A DNA stretch of 64,000 nt, from contig CP009479.1 in assembly GCA_000965745.1 (NCBI GenBank), positions 128,001 to 192,000 on the forward strand. The letters are read 5' to 3'. This stretch comes from an uncultured archaeon. Lineage in GTDB: Archaea > Thermoplasmatota > Thermoplasmata > Thermoplasmatales > Thermoplasmataceae. The translations under genes and the position numbers were made by a program. The notes beneath the pieces are model-generated. The model had not been told where the DNA came from, did no database searches, and saw only the letters and a list, made by a program, of their open reading frames with translations. Positions 10,096 to 19,978 of this stretch are shown here, in pieces (the first letter of the stretch is position 1; the number at the start of each line of letters is the position of its first letter).

Positions 10096-11118
10096 TCATG
10101 CTACCTGTTTTTTTACCGATGCTTTTCTCTGCATCTTCTTTCCCAGAGCTCTCAGATATATAAGGTACATATACTGAGCATCATGTTCAAGAAGCGGGGA
10201 ACTTGAAATTATTGTCATGTCATCCTGGAAGTCAACAAGGCTTTCGGCAAGGGTTTCAAACTTCAAATCCCCATGTTTTATCGCCGTCAGTTTCACTTCA
10301 TTATTGTCTTTGTACTCCACCCCGGCAAATTCGCTGTAGAGGTCTCCCTTGCTGTATTTCTTGAATTCGCTGACCACAGCTTCAAAGTCCTTTATCTCTA
10401 TCAGTGACCCATCACCCTGGGAGTGGACATGTGGGAAATTCAGGATTGGCTCGATATCCTTGACTTTCTTTGCCAGAGAGATTAAATCGCTCGAATTCCC
10501 AAAGATTTCGGATTTTCCCGCGACTTCGACTCCAATGTGGGGGAAACCCTTCGATACGGGGAACGCCTTAGAAATATTCTTATATACAGATGTGGCCTTC
10601 TCAATGCTCTCTTTCTTGGTCTGCTTGTAAAATCCGGTGTGGGTAACTACACGCTTGCATCCCATTGCCTTCCCTATTATCAGGGTCCACTTCAGGTGGT
10701 TGTATGATTTGTCCCCAATCTCCCCTTCATCCAGGAGGTCCATGTAGTAAGGTGCGTGGAGGGACAACTGCACATCAAGCTCCTTTGCCAACTTGCCGCC
10801 ATCAAATAGATCATCATAATTCCGGGCCATATTCCAGAAAAGCTCCTGGACAATGTCGTCCTCCTCGATGATTGTGTCCACGCCAACCCCTTCATAGTTG
10901 CCGTCCTCATTCTGCCTGAGGACATCAACTATTATTGATCCGCCCACATCATGGGGCCGCATTCCGGCAAGGTCGAGTGCCGGCCTCTCTTCGACGTTGA
11001 CCCTTAGCAGCTGAACCTCCAGTGCATTAAGACCGAGCATGTTTGTATCTTCAACCGATTCAATAAAAGTTCTGCCCTTGCTAGTAAGAGGTATACCTGC
11101 TATGCCGAATCTAATCAT
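10096..11118 (-). CDS. Endonuclease IV-like TIM barrel protein
   Basis: IRFG.AGIP, LSLHAPYY, THTGFY, GVE..GK...FG, FPHVH. Start trimmed to MIRFG. Confidence 0.8.
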   Translation of the reverse strand: MIRFGIAGIPLTSKGRTFIESVEDTNMLGLNALEVQLLRVNVEERPALDLAGMRPHDVGGSIIVDVLRQNEDGNYEGVGVDTIIEEDDIVQELFWNMARNYDDLFDGGKLAKELDVQLSLHAPYYMDLLDEGEIGDKSYNHLKWTLIIGKAMGCKRVVTHTGFYKQTKKESIEKATSVYKNISKAFPVSKGFPHIGVEVAGKSEIFGNSSDLISLAKKVKDIEPILNFPHVHSQGDGSLIEIKDFEAVVSEFKKYSKGDLYSEFAGVEYKDNNEVKLTAIKHGDLKFETLAESLVDFQDDMTIISSSPLLEHDAQYMYLIYLRALGKKMQRKASVKKQVA

Positions 11119-11417
11119 AACTAAATCAGTGATCTCTATCATCTCGAGTTATATAAGTCTTAGAGCGAAGTTTTTGTCGAATCACCTGAATCCCTTGGCA
11201 GAGTGACATCCAGGCCGCCCATCACTGTTAAGGATCCACATGTTGAAAATATAGCAATCCGGACTGGCATTTTACGCAATTTTTCCTGCCAGCCACCATG
11301 TGAAAGGCCTCGCCAACAGAGTTAAATACCGTTTTTGTATACATTCTTCAATGGTGATGGAACAAAGAGGCAATTATTCAATTGTTATCTCAAAAAACAC
11401 CATTTCGGGTGATACTA

Positions 11418-12740
11418 TTGAACGTAGATCCAAATATAACAAAATACATGATCAAAGCAAAGATATTTACAGATGGGGTGGTTGAAAAACCAGATGTCGT
11501 AGGAGCTATTTTTGGTCAGACCGAGGGTCTTCTTGGAGAGGAACTTGATCTCAGAGATCTTCAAAAAAGTGGCAAAATTGGAAGAATTGAAGTCGAGATA
11601 GACAGTAAGAAAGGCAGAACAGAAGGTTTTGCTTTAATTCCCTCCGGCCTTGACCAGGTTGAAAGCTCCATACTCGCGGCATCCCTTGAAACCATAGACA
11701 GAATAGGGCCATGCAAAGCTAAGGTAGAAATCGAGATAATCGAGGACGTAAGGATTCAGAAGAGACAGAAAGTTGTCGAGCGCGCTGAGGAACTCTACAA
11801 GAGAATGAGTGAGGCAGGAAAGAGTGTCAGCGAGAGCATAATCCAATCCGTGAGGGAAGAGGTTGAGCTTGGCGAGATCCTCTCATACGGTGAGGAAAAG
11901 CTGCCTGCCGGACCCGCCATAAAGGATTCAGATTCTATCATCGTGGTTGAAGGAAGAAGCGATGTCCTGAATCTTCTGAAGTATGGAATAAAGAATACAA
12001 TCGCTGTCCAGGGGACAAACATACCGAAGACTGTTCAGAAACTTTCAAAGGAGAGGACCGTCACAGTATTCCTGGATGGAGACAGAGGCGGAGACCTGAT
12101 TCTCAGGGAAATGCTCCAGGTTGCAGAAGTGGACTTCGTTGCAAGGGCACCTCCCGGTACTGAGGTGGAGGAGCTTACCTACAAGCAGATCGTAAAAGCT
12201 CTCAGGTACAAGACACCAGTAGAGCAGTACCTTTCCATGAAGGGGATGTCAGAGGAGCTGAAGGAACTCACGGAGAAGACAAGATCAGAGGAGCCAAAGC
12301 ACCAGAGACCTGCCCCAAAGGAAAAGGAGCGCGAAATAAAGGAGATTAAAGTAGCCAAAGTTGAGAAGAAGCAGCAGCAGCCTGAAGTTGTTGAGCAGAA
12401 GAAAGAGAACGGATTCAAGGAAGAGGAAGATCCTGGAAAAGTCTCGCTTGACAATCCTAAGTCCATAGAGAAAAGGGCTGAGTTTCTCCTTCAGGAGAAA
12501 ACAACGGAAATATACTCGGACGGCGGGGAAGTTGTCGCTTCATTCCCGGTTGCTGATGCAATCGACAAACTTGCTGAAGTAGCAAACGGAAATACCATCA
12601 TTACCGGCGGCGTTATTTCACAGAGATTAGTGGATGTGGCTTACAAGATAGGAATCAAGAATATATATGGAGTCAAGCTAGGACACATTACAAAGAAGCC
12701 GACCGAGGTAAGGGTAGTAGCATGGGATCATCATACGTAA
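11418..12740 (+). CDS. dnaG: Archaeal DnaG (TOPRIM; exosome-associated primase-like)
   Basis: GVVEKPDVVGAIFGQTEGLLG, VVEGRSDV, FLDGDRGG. TTG start at 11418 follows a GGGTGA SD. Confidence 0.95.
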   Translation: MNVDPNITKYMIKAKIFTDGVVEKPDVVGAIFGQTEGLLGEELDLRDLQKSGKIGRIEVEIDSKKGRTEGFALIPSGLDQVESSILAASLETIDRIGPCKAKVEIEIIEDVRIQKRQKVVERAEELYKRMSEAGKSVSESIIQSVREEVELGEILSYGEEKLPAGPAIKDSDSIIVVEGRSDVLNLLKYGIKNTIAVQGTNIPKTVQKLSKERTVTVFLDGDRGGDLILREMLQVAEVDFVARAPPGTEVEELTYKQIVKALRYKTPVEQYLSMKGMSEELKELTEKTRSEEPKHQRPAPKEKEREIKEIKVAKVEKKQQQPEVVEQKKENGFKEEEDPGKVSLDNPKSIEKRAEFLLQEKTTEIYSDGGEVVASFPVADAIDKLAEVANGNTIITGGVISQRLVDVAYKIGIKNIYGVKLGHITKKPTEVRVVAWDHHT

Positions 12741-14227
12741 ACGTGGATTTTGACAAATTTCCGGACACATCATACATAAGTATACCATCAAATCCCCTTG
12801 AGAGGGTGATTGGCCAGGCAGAAGCTGTCAGAATGGCCAAGATTGCAGCCAGACAGAGAAGGCACCTGTTGCTTGTAGGCCCTCCCGGTGTCGGCAAGTC
12901 AATGATCGCCCAGGCCATGTCGTTTTATGTGGAGAGGCCAAAGGAAGAGATACGCGTGGTGCATAACCCCCAGTACCCCGAAAGGCCTTTCACTGAAGTC
13001 AAGACATTTCAGGAGATCAATAAGGAAAAGGAGGAGATGAACTCCGTTGAGGGGGAGACGATAGATCCGAGGGATGCCCCGACATCAGTAGCGGAGAGGC
13101 TTGGATACAGATGCCCCAGATGCAGTTTTTATTCTCAGCCTTCAGACAGTATATGCCCCAACTGCAACAATCCGAAGGTGCAGGGGGGAGTTACCCAGCA
13201 GGGCCCCTTTGGTGACGTTTTCAATGTCATAGGCGCGGCCTTTGGAGTCCAGAACAACACAGAAAGGGTTACATCTACGAGAAGGACTGGCGACCACGAG
13301 GAAGTGATCGTTTACGAGAGGGCCGGCGAAAGAATAAAGATCCTGGATGAAAAGACTCTTGAAAGAAAGAGGAGGATGGAGAAGAAAAGCCCAAGCAAGA
13401 CAATAGTGCCAATCAGCAGGAACCCGTTCGTTCTTGCGACAGGGGCCAGCGAGACTGAATTGCTTGGAGACGTAAGGCATGACCCATATGGAGGGCATCC
13501 GCAACTCGGAACTCTCCCCTATGAGAGGGTCATCTCAGGAGCAATTCATGAGGCCCATGAAGGGGTGCTTTTCATAGACGAGGTCACCCACCTCGGAAAC
13601 ATACAGAGGTTCATACTTACAGCCATGCAGGAGAGAAACTTCCCCATAACAGGAAGAAATCCACAGAGCGCAGGAGCAAGCGTGAGAGTTGACAATGTGC
13701 CCACTGATTTCATACTGGTTGCTGCGTGCAACATACAGGACCTTCGGCATATTCTCAGCCCCCTGAGGTCAAGAATAGTCGGGAGCGGTTACGAAATACT
13801 TATGGAAATCGCAATCCCGGACACTCCTGAGAACAGGATGAGGTATCTTCAGTTCATAGCACAGGAGATAATCATAGACGGGAAGATACCCCACATGACA
13901 ATAGATGCTGCGAAGCTGATAATCGATGAAGGCAAGAGAAGGGCCAAGGAAATAGACCACAAGGACAATGCTCTGACACTCAGGCTGAGGGAACTCGGCG
14001 GGCTGATAAGGGCCTCAGGCGACATCGCTGTTTCCAAGGAAAAGAAGCTCATCGACATAGAAGACGTGAATGAGGCACTCCAGACTTACCTACCGGTGGA
14101 AGAGAAGATCAAGAAGTACTATGGGAACATGGGTGCAGCACTATCCACTGAAACTACGATTTCCCAGAGGGCGGAAGAGTATTATTTCAATTACCACGAC
14201 TACAACAGCGACCGGTCATACGACTGA
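12722..14227 (+). CDS. LonB-like AAA+ ATPase with Zn ribbon, no protease domain
   Basis: VIGQ, GPPGVGKS, LLGDVRHDP, GVLFIDE, LRSRI, LTLRLRELGGL; CPRC...CPNC. Confidence 0.85.
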   Translation: MGSSYVNVDFDKFPDTSYISIPSNPLERVIGQAEAVRMAKIAARQRRHLLLVGPPGVGKSMIAQAMSFYVERPKEEIRVVHNPQYPERPFTEVKTFQEINKEKEEMNSVEGETIDPRDAPTSVAERLGYRCPRCSFYSQPSDSICPNCNNPKVQGGVTQQGPFGDVFNVIGAAFGVQNNTERVTSTRRTGDHEEVIVYERAGERIKILDEKTLERKRRMEKKSPSKTIVPISRNPFVLATGASETELLGDVRHDPYGGHPQLGTLPYERVISGAIHEAHEGVLFIDEVTHLGNIQRFILTAMQERNFPITGRNPQSAGASVRVDNVPTDFILVAACNIQDLRHILSPLRSRIVGSGYEILMEIAIPDTPENRMRYLQFIAQEIIIDGKIPHMTIDAAKLIIDEGKRRAKEIDHKDNALTLRLRELGGLIRASGDIAVSKEKKLIDIEDVNEALQTYLPVEEKIKKYYGNMGAALSTETTISQRAEEYYFNYHDYNSDRSYD

Positions 14228-14385
14228 TATTGCAGAATTACTCCCATCCCCCCACCATCTTTTAATCATTTCTAGAGCAGGAATTCACAGCCTCTGAACA
14301 GACCATGCACTGCATTTTTTTCACTATCCCGAATGCAATTGCAATAACTAATATATTGTAATTCGTTTGCCGAGACGGAGATCAA

Positions 14386-16152
14386 ATGAATATATCATAC
14401 ACTGTTGAAATGAAAAAACCACAAACACATTTCTTCCAAATCACAATGGTCGTTGACGAGGTCGGGGAGGACTCCGTTACAGCAACAATGCCGGTCTGGA
14501 CTCCGGGAGCCTATGAAATAGCCGATTTTCCAAGGCATGTAAGGAACCTCAGGGTCGTTACAGGCGAAAAGAAGCCTCTGCCTGTGCAGAGAAAGGACAA
14601 GGCTTCATGGAAAATACTCAACGGTAATGTAAGATCATTCAAGGTGACCTACGAAGTATACGCGAACGAGCTTTCAGTCCACACAAGCCATCTTGATTCA
14701 TCACATGGGTACATAAACGGCGCTGGAATGTTCCTCTACCTTGACGGATACAAGGACCAGGTATCCGAAGTGAATATCAAGCCGCCACAGAACTGGAAGA
14801 TATCCACAGGGATGGAAAAAACAGGGGATAACAAGTACAGGGCAATCAATTATGATATCCTGATAGATTCGCCAATAGAGATAGGGACGCACAGATCCCT
14901 CTTCTTCGAGGTGGCTGGAAAAGAGCATGAGATCGTCCTCTACGGAAGTGGAAACGAGAACGAGGAGAAGCTCAAGCAGGATGTCCAGAAGCTTGTTGAA
15001 TCATATTACGGGCTTATGGGGTCACTTCCGTACAAGAGATATGTGTTCATTTACCACCTTGTCAATGAGCCGGATTTTTTCGGTGGACTCGAGCACCTGA
15101 ATTCTACCTCTATAGACGTATACAGCCAGACATTCGCGCCGAAGGACGAATACAACAAGTTTCTCAGTGTTACTTCCCATGAATTCTTCCACCTCTGGAA
15201 CGTAAAAAGGCTGAAGCCCGTTGAGCTTGGGCCCTTCAACTACCAGCAGGAAGTCTACACAACGCTTCTCTGGCTCAGCGAGGGAGTTACAAACTTCTAC
15301 ACATGGGTCATGATGCTCAGGTCGGGAGTTGCAACAAAGGAGGAATACCTTGAACACCTGATGGAGACCATAAGATACTACGACATTCTCCCGGGCACTG
15401 CAGTGGAATCTGCCGCAGACTCTTCATTTGATTCGTGGATAAAGCTCTACAGGCCGTCCCCCAATAATGTGAACAGTTACGTCTCATACTACCTGAAGGG
15501 CGAGATCCTGGGCATGATGCTGAGTGCAAGGATTGTTGAGGCAACAAACGGGTCCAAGTCACTGGACGAGTTCTTCAGGCTGCTTCTCGACAGGTACAAC
15601 AAAGACGGGAAGGGGTTTACCGAGAAGGACATACTCGGCGCCCTGAAAGAAGTGTCAGGGAAGGATTTCATCGAATTCTTTGACAAATACGTACGCGGCA
15701 CGCAAAAGATAGATTTTGATGATGAGCTCAAGAGAATTGGCTACAATATAAAGAGGGGTTACAAGAAGGTTGATAATGTGGAACCCGAGACCAAGGCATT
15801 CATGGGTCTTTTCGTAAAGGGAAACGGAGGAAAATTCTCAGTGGAAGCTGTTCTTGAAGGGACACCCGCCTTCGAATACGGGATAAATTACAAGGACGAG
15901 CTTGTCTCGATCAACAAGCAGAAATTCGGCGACAGATACCTGAAGAACATCAGGGAAGATTTCCGCAGGTTCAAGATCGATGACCTCAAGGATTACATGC
16001 CCGGAGACAGGGTAAAAGTCCATCTCTTCAGGAGGGGGCTGCTCACGGATGTTGATGTTGTGCTCGGAAAAGCCCCGTTTGAATATTATAAGGCAGAGGA
16101 AATTGATGACGATGCCTTCAGAAAGTACTCTGAAAAATTCCTGATTGGGTAA
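14386..16152 (+). CDS. M61 family glycyl aminopeptidase with PDZ domain
   Basis: PVWTPG.Y, DSPIEIG, GGLEH, HEFFHLWNVKR, LW.SEG.T, SYYLKG, C-terminal PDZ-like segment. Confidence 0.92.
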   Translation: MNISYTVEMKKPQTHFFQITMVVDEVGEDSVTATMPVWTPGAYEIADFPRHVRNLRVVTGEKKPLPVQRKDKASWKILNGNVRSFKVTYEVYANELSVHTSHLDSSHGYINGAGMFLYLDGYKDQVSEVNIKPPQNWKISTGMEKTGDNKYRAINYDILIDSPIEIGTHRSLFFEVAGKEHEIVLYGSGNENEEKLKQDVQKLVESYYGLMGSLPYKRYVFIYHLVNEPDFFGGLEHLNSTSIDVYSQTFAPKDEYNKFLSVTSHEFFHLWNVKRLKPVELGPFNYQQEVYTTLLWLSEGVTNFYTWVMMLRSGVATKEEYLEHLMETIRYYDILPGTAVESAADSSFDSWIKLYRPSPNNVNSYVSYYLKGEILGMMLSARIVEATNGSKSLDEFFRLLLDRYNKDGKGFTEKDILGALKEVSGKDFIEFFDKYVRGTQKIDFDDELKRIGYNIKRGYKKVDNVEPETKAFMGLFVKGNGGKFSVEAVLEGTPAFEYGINYKDELVSINKQKFGDRYLKNIREDFRRFKIDDLKDYMPGDRVKVHLFRRGLLTDVDVVLGKAPFEYYKAEEIDDDAFRKYSEKFLIG

Positions 16153-16184
16153 AAACCATTTAACCTATATATATTCGGACAATA

Positions 16185-16796
16185 TTGTCAACCAATATGA
16201 TCCTCATACTTGAAGAATACTTCAAAGATCTGCCAGTCAAGAAGAGGATTGTGGAAGGTCTCTACAGCCATGGCATTTCAGTAAGGAACGGAAAGTTCTA
16301 CGTGGGGGATATGGAGCTCTCCGTCACGGAGGTCTCCAAGGCCTTCAACGTAAACAGGAGAACGGTATACGATACCATAAGGGTCATTGAGGAAAGGGAG
16401 GAGATCAGGAAGGTAATGGCAGAACTCCGCCCGGTTGCAGACATCGCGGACATTGCACCACTCCTCGGAAACCAGGTGGTCCTGGCCTACACCTCCCCTG
16501 GGTCATTTACCGCAAGCTACGGCAAGTTTGTGGACGTGATACAGAAATACGGCTGCTACGTAAAGGAAGTCACGGGAAGGAACATAGGCAAATCAGAGAG
16601 CTTCATGAGGGCCATATTCTACCGCACTGTGCCCGCAAGAATTTTTGACGAAATGGCTGCAATAGAAGGAATCCAGAAGATGATCATAACAACCCCCGAA
16701 AACATCCACGTTGAGCCTGTCTGCAACAAATGCGTCGTCAAGGTCTGCCCAAACAAGATTTCCACCGGGGTCGCAGAATCCATGTACGATCTCTGA
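16185..16796 (+). CDS. HTH + ACT-type regulator with Cys-rich tail
   Basis: HTH (VSKAFNVNRRTVYDTI), ACT-like beta-alpha region, CNKCVVKVCP. Start may be ATG 16197. Confidence 0.7.
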   Translation: MSTNMILILEEYFKDLPVKKRIVEGLYSHGISVRNGKFYVGDMELSVTEVSKAFNVNRRTVYDTIRVIEEREEIRKVMAELRPVADIADIAPLLGNQVVLAYTSPGSFTASYGKFVDVIQKYGCYVKEVTGRNIGKSESFMRAIFYRTVPARIFDEMAAIEGIQKMIITTPENIHVEPVCNKCVVKVCPNKISTGVAESMYDL

Positions 16797-16823
16797 AATT
16801 TTCTGTCTTTGCAGCCTTCTCTC

Positions 16824-17261
16824 CTACTGGACTGTGTTAATGCTTACCCTGCCGTCCGGAAGTATGATGGCTTCAAGTGAAACAGTTACGATCCCGTTGT
16901 CGAGGTATGATGATGCAGCAGCCTGGATAAGTGTCATTATGCCCAGCGCGGTGCTCTTGATTTTAACTTGCTCCCCGTCTGCGAACCTTATGATCTCCTT
17001 AGCGACATCCAGTATGTGAAGGCCGGATCCGATCCTTGCCCTTTTTATTAAACCAACATTTTCAGCCATCTGGATCGTGTCCGCTGCAGTGTTTATGTTT
17101 CTCAGGGCCCTTCTTTCAAGTATTGAGACGTCCTGCCTCGATATGCCCAGCTTCCTTGCTGTCTCTTCCTGAGTAAGATTCTGTTTTCTCAGTTCGAGGA
17201 TCTGAAGCTGCCTCTCAGTCAGTAGCCCGCCGATCCTGTGCTGCCTGTCCCCTTCGCTCAA
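16824..17261 (-). CDS. Tfx-family DNA-binding protein
   Basis: LTERQ.QILELR...LTQEE.A..LG.SRQDVS.LERRA..NI. Confidence 0.85.
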   Translation of the reverse strand: MSEGDRQHRIGGLLTERQLQILELRKQNLTQEETARKLGISRQDVSILERRALRNINTAADTIQMAENVGLIKRARIGSGLHILDVAKEIIRFADGEQVKIKSTALGIMTLIQAAASSYLDNGIVTVSLEAIILPDGRVSINTVQ

Positions 17262-17346
17262 CAGGGTGGAATATTCTGCTAGTATTTATGTTTACAGTGA
17301 TAACAGAATCTAACACTATCGTAATCATTAATAAATCCATCATATT

Positions 17347-18396
17347 ATGAGGTTCGTGAAGAAGCTAACAGCACAGACAACTTCAGTAATAGTGGCCCTG
17401 ATTGTTGTGGGAGTTGCAGCCTATGCAATCACTGAACACAACAGCACTGGAAAGGCATCGTCACCGCTTATCGTCTATTCCGCAGATGCGTATGTCAAGG
17501 AATCCAGCACGCTGTTGAGCCAGTTCCACAACAAGAGTGGCGCATCAGTCGCGCCAGTGAAGGGGGGAGGTTCCCTAACGGATGCAAGGCAGATAGGCCA
17601 GGGATCGCCAAGTGATGTTTTCATATCAGTCTCGCTCAGCTCCTATGGAAAATCATATCTGCATAGCCGTTACAGCGGATGGGCAGTCGCCTTTGCTTCT
17701 GACCAGATGGTTCTTGCATATTCTTCAGCCACCAAGGCCAATTCATCTGCAGGCAGTATAATCAGCCAGTTCAGCAACGCGTCAAGATCCAACAGCACAT
17801 CTGGATACAATGCAGCATTCACCAGCCTTACGTCGGGAAATGTGAAAGTCGGAATCGCAAATCCCAACAGCGATCCTGCGGGGTTCAGGGGATGGCTTAC
17901 CCTCGAGATAGCCGGGTATGTGTTCCATGACAACAATACATCATACTACACGCACAGGATTTCAGCCAACGGGGGGAACATATCGGCAGGAGATGCGTCA
18001 CAGCTTGTATCGCCACTTGAAAGCGGAAACATCCAGTTCCTCTTCATATACAGGTCTGCTGCCATTGTCAAGGGGCTGAATTATATAGCCCTGCCGGCAT
18101 CGGTGAACCTGGGCAGCGTGAACTATGCAGGGTTCTACTCCGGGTTCAGCTACAATCTTTCCTCCGGGAGCGCAACTGGAGCGCCAATTTACCTCTACAT
18201 CACTGCCCTCAACGGCTCTTCAGACATGCAGACAGCAATGAGCTTCACTGAGTACGTGCTCAACAACACGGCGCTGCTCAAGGCCTACGGGCTTACGCCG
18301 ATAACGCCTGCACTTTTGTACAACAGCACCGCCCCTCCTCCGGGGATATCGGAGTACCTTAGCTCTGGAAAGGCGGCACATGCAGGGGGCATCTGA
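17347..18396 (+). CDS. wtpA: Molybdate/tungstate ABC transporter substrate-binding protein
   Basis: N-terminal anchor, GGS...ARQI, DVFISV, FASDQMVLAY, NPNSDPAG.R, FIYRS.A. Confidence 0.8.
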   Translation: MRFVKKLTAQTTSVIVALIVVGVAAYAITEHNSTGKASSPLIVYSADAYVKESSTLLSQFHNKSGASVAPVKGGGSLTDARQIGQGSPSDVFISVSLSSYGKSYLHSRYSGWAVAFASDQMVLAYSSATKANSSAGSIISQFSNASRSNSTSGYNAAFTSLTSGNVKVGIANPNSDPAGFRGWLTLEIAGYVFHDNNTSYYTHRISANGGNISAGDASQLVSPLESGNIQFLFIYRSAAIVKGLNYIALPASVNLGSVNYAGFYSGFSYNLSSGSATGAPIYLYITALNGSSDMQTAMSFTEYVLNNTALLKAYGLTPITPALLYNSTAPPPGISEYLSSGKAAHAGGI

Positions 18397-18454
18397 TTCC
18401 TGCATCATAAATAATTTAGAGGCGCCCCCACTATGGGTATTTGAGGTATGACAG

Positions 18455-19276
18455 ATGGTTCAGAGGAGAAAAAGGCAGCCGGACAGCCTGAGCATCATAT
18501 CGGGCATTTCCGTTTTCCTCCTTTCAATACCAGTCATCATTATCCTCATTTACGGCTTCATTGTTTTCAGGAGCGCCCAGGGCTTCTCCCACACAGTCCT
18601 GCTGTCTATCTCACTGACCCTTGCCTCTTCCGCAACTGCAGCGGCAATAGTTTTCGCTGTTTTTACACCCCTGGCCTATGAGCTTGCACGGAGAAGGAAT
18701 TCGCTTCTAGAGACTGCTTCTGACATTCCGGCTTCAATTCCACACCCTATAATCGGGATTGCACTCCTGATACTTGATTCGCCTATCACTCCTACTGGCA
18801 GATTCCTGAACTACATAGGGATAAATTTCTTCGATACCTTCCAGGGGCTCGTTGCAGCACTGGTGATTGTCTCAGCCCCGGTTTACATCCGTGCCGCACA
18901 GTCATTATTCTCTTCACGCAGGGTGGAGCCTGAGCTACTTGCCTCCTCACTGGGGGCATCACGGCTGAAAGTACTTTACACTGTTGTTGTTGCGGATTCG
19001 CTGCGGGGAGTCATGTCCGCCTCGCTTACTGCCATGAGCAGGGCCATGAGCGAGTTCGGATCCATTGCCATAGTTGCATATTACGTTCTTCAGGCACCCT
19101 TCAGCGGCGTGGAGCCGGCATCCGTGCTGATCTATGAATACTACGGGTATTACGGGCCGCAGGTTGCAGTAACCGTTTCAGCGTTGATGATTCTGATCTC
19201 CATGGCAGTGATTATCGCAATGCGCATAGTCAGCAGGGCAAAACGGAAGTATTCGTCCGGCAGGGTGGTGAGATGA
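18455..19276 (+). CDS. wtpB: Molybdate/tungstate ABC transporter permease
   Basis: TPLAY.LAR, DIP..IPH, EAA-like loop (ASSLGAS), RAMSEFG. Confidence 0.82.
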   Translation: MVQRRKRQPDSLSIISGISVFLLSIPVIIILIYGFIVFRSAQGFSHTVLLSISLTLASSATAAAIVFAVFTPLAYELARRRNSLLETASDIPASIPHPIIGIALLILDSPITPTGRFLNYIGINFFDTFQGLVAALVIVSAPVYIRAAQSLFSSRRVEPELLASSLGASRLKVLYTVVVADSLRGVMSASLTAMSRAMSEFGSIAIVAYYVLQAPFSGVEPASVLIYEYYGYYGPQVAVTVSALMILISMAVIIAMRIVSRAKRKYSSGRVVR

Positions 19277-19277
19277 A

Positions 19278-19871
19278 GTGATTGACATCCAGGTTCAATT
19301 CACCAGGGGGGAGTTCTCCCTTGAAGCCTCACTTAAGGATTCCGGGTTTGTTGGGCTTACGGGGGCAAACGGTTCCGGGAAAACAACCCTCCTGCACCTG
19401 GTTGCAGGTGTCGAGGTTCCGGACAGCGGGCGCATAATCGTTGGCAGCCGGGACATAACATTCCTGCCTATCAACGAGAGAAGAGTTGTTTACCTAAATC
19501 CGGAGACCTACTTCGGCCATGTTGATGTGGAAAGGCACCTTGCATGGGGAATCCGCGGCGGAAAAGAGCAGCATGAGGATTCCATAAACGAGATGAAGAG
19601 GGCCCTGGGAATAACATATACAGGAAAAGTATCCGTCCTCAGCCTTGGCCAGAGGGCGAGGGTCATACTAGGCACAGCTATGCTCGCACAGCCTGACCTG
19701 GTTTTGATTGACGAGCTCTTTGCAAACATAAGTGAGGCGGAGAGTGTTGTTGAATATGTGAAGGAGTATGCCGGAGGCGGGGGTTCGGACGTGATTTTCG
19801 TCTCCCAGGAACAGGGGGCACTGAGAGCTGCCGACACCGTCTACAGAATGGAAAATGGCAGAATTGTGTAA
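19278..19871 (+). CDS. wtpC: ABC transporter ATP-binding protein (short)
   Basis: GANGSGKTT, LSLGQ, LIDE. Confidence 0.8.
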   Translation: MIDIQVQFTRGEFSLEASLKDSGFVGLTGANGSGKTTLLHLVAGVEVPDSGRIIVGSRDITFLPINERRVVYLNPETYFGHVDVERHLAWGIRGGKEQHEDSINEMKRALGITYTGKVSVLSLGQRARVILGTAMLAQPDLVLIDELFANISEAESVVEYVKEYAGGGGSDVIFVSQEQGALRAADTVYRMENGRIV

Positions 19872-19978
19872 TCAATTGCGGTAGTGGGAAATGTTCGGGA
19901 TGCCCTTCCTGTACTGACCTGAACAGGACCTCCGGGCATGGGAAATTCGAAGATCCGATAAAAATTTTAATATATGAG

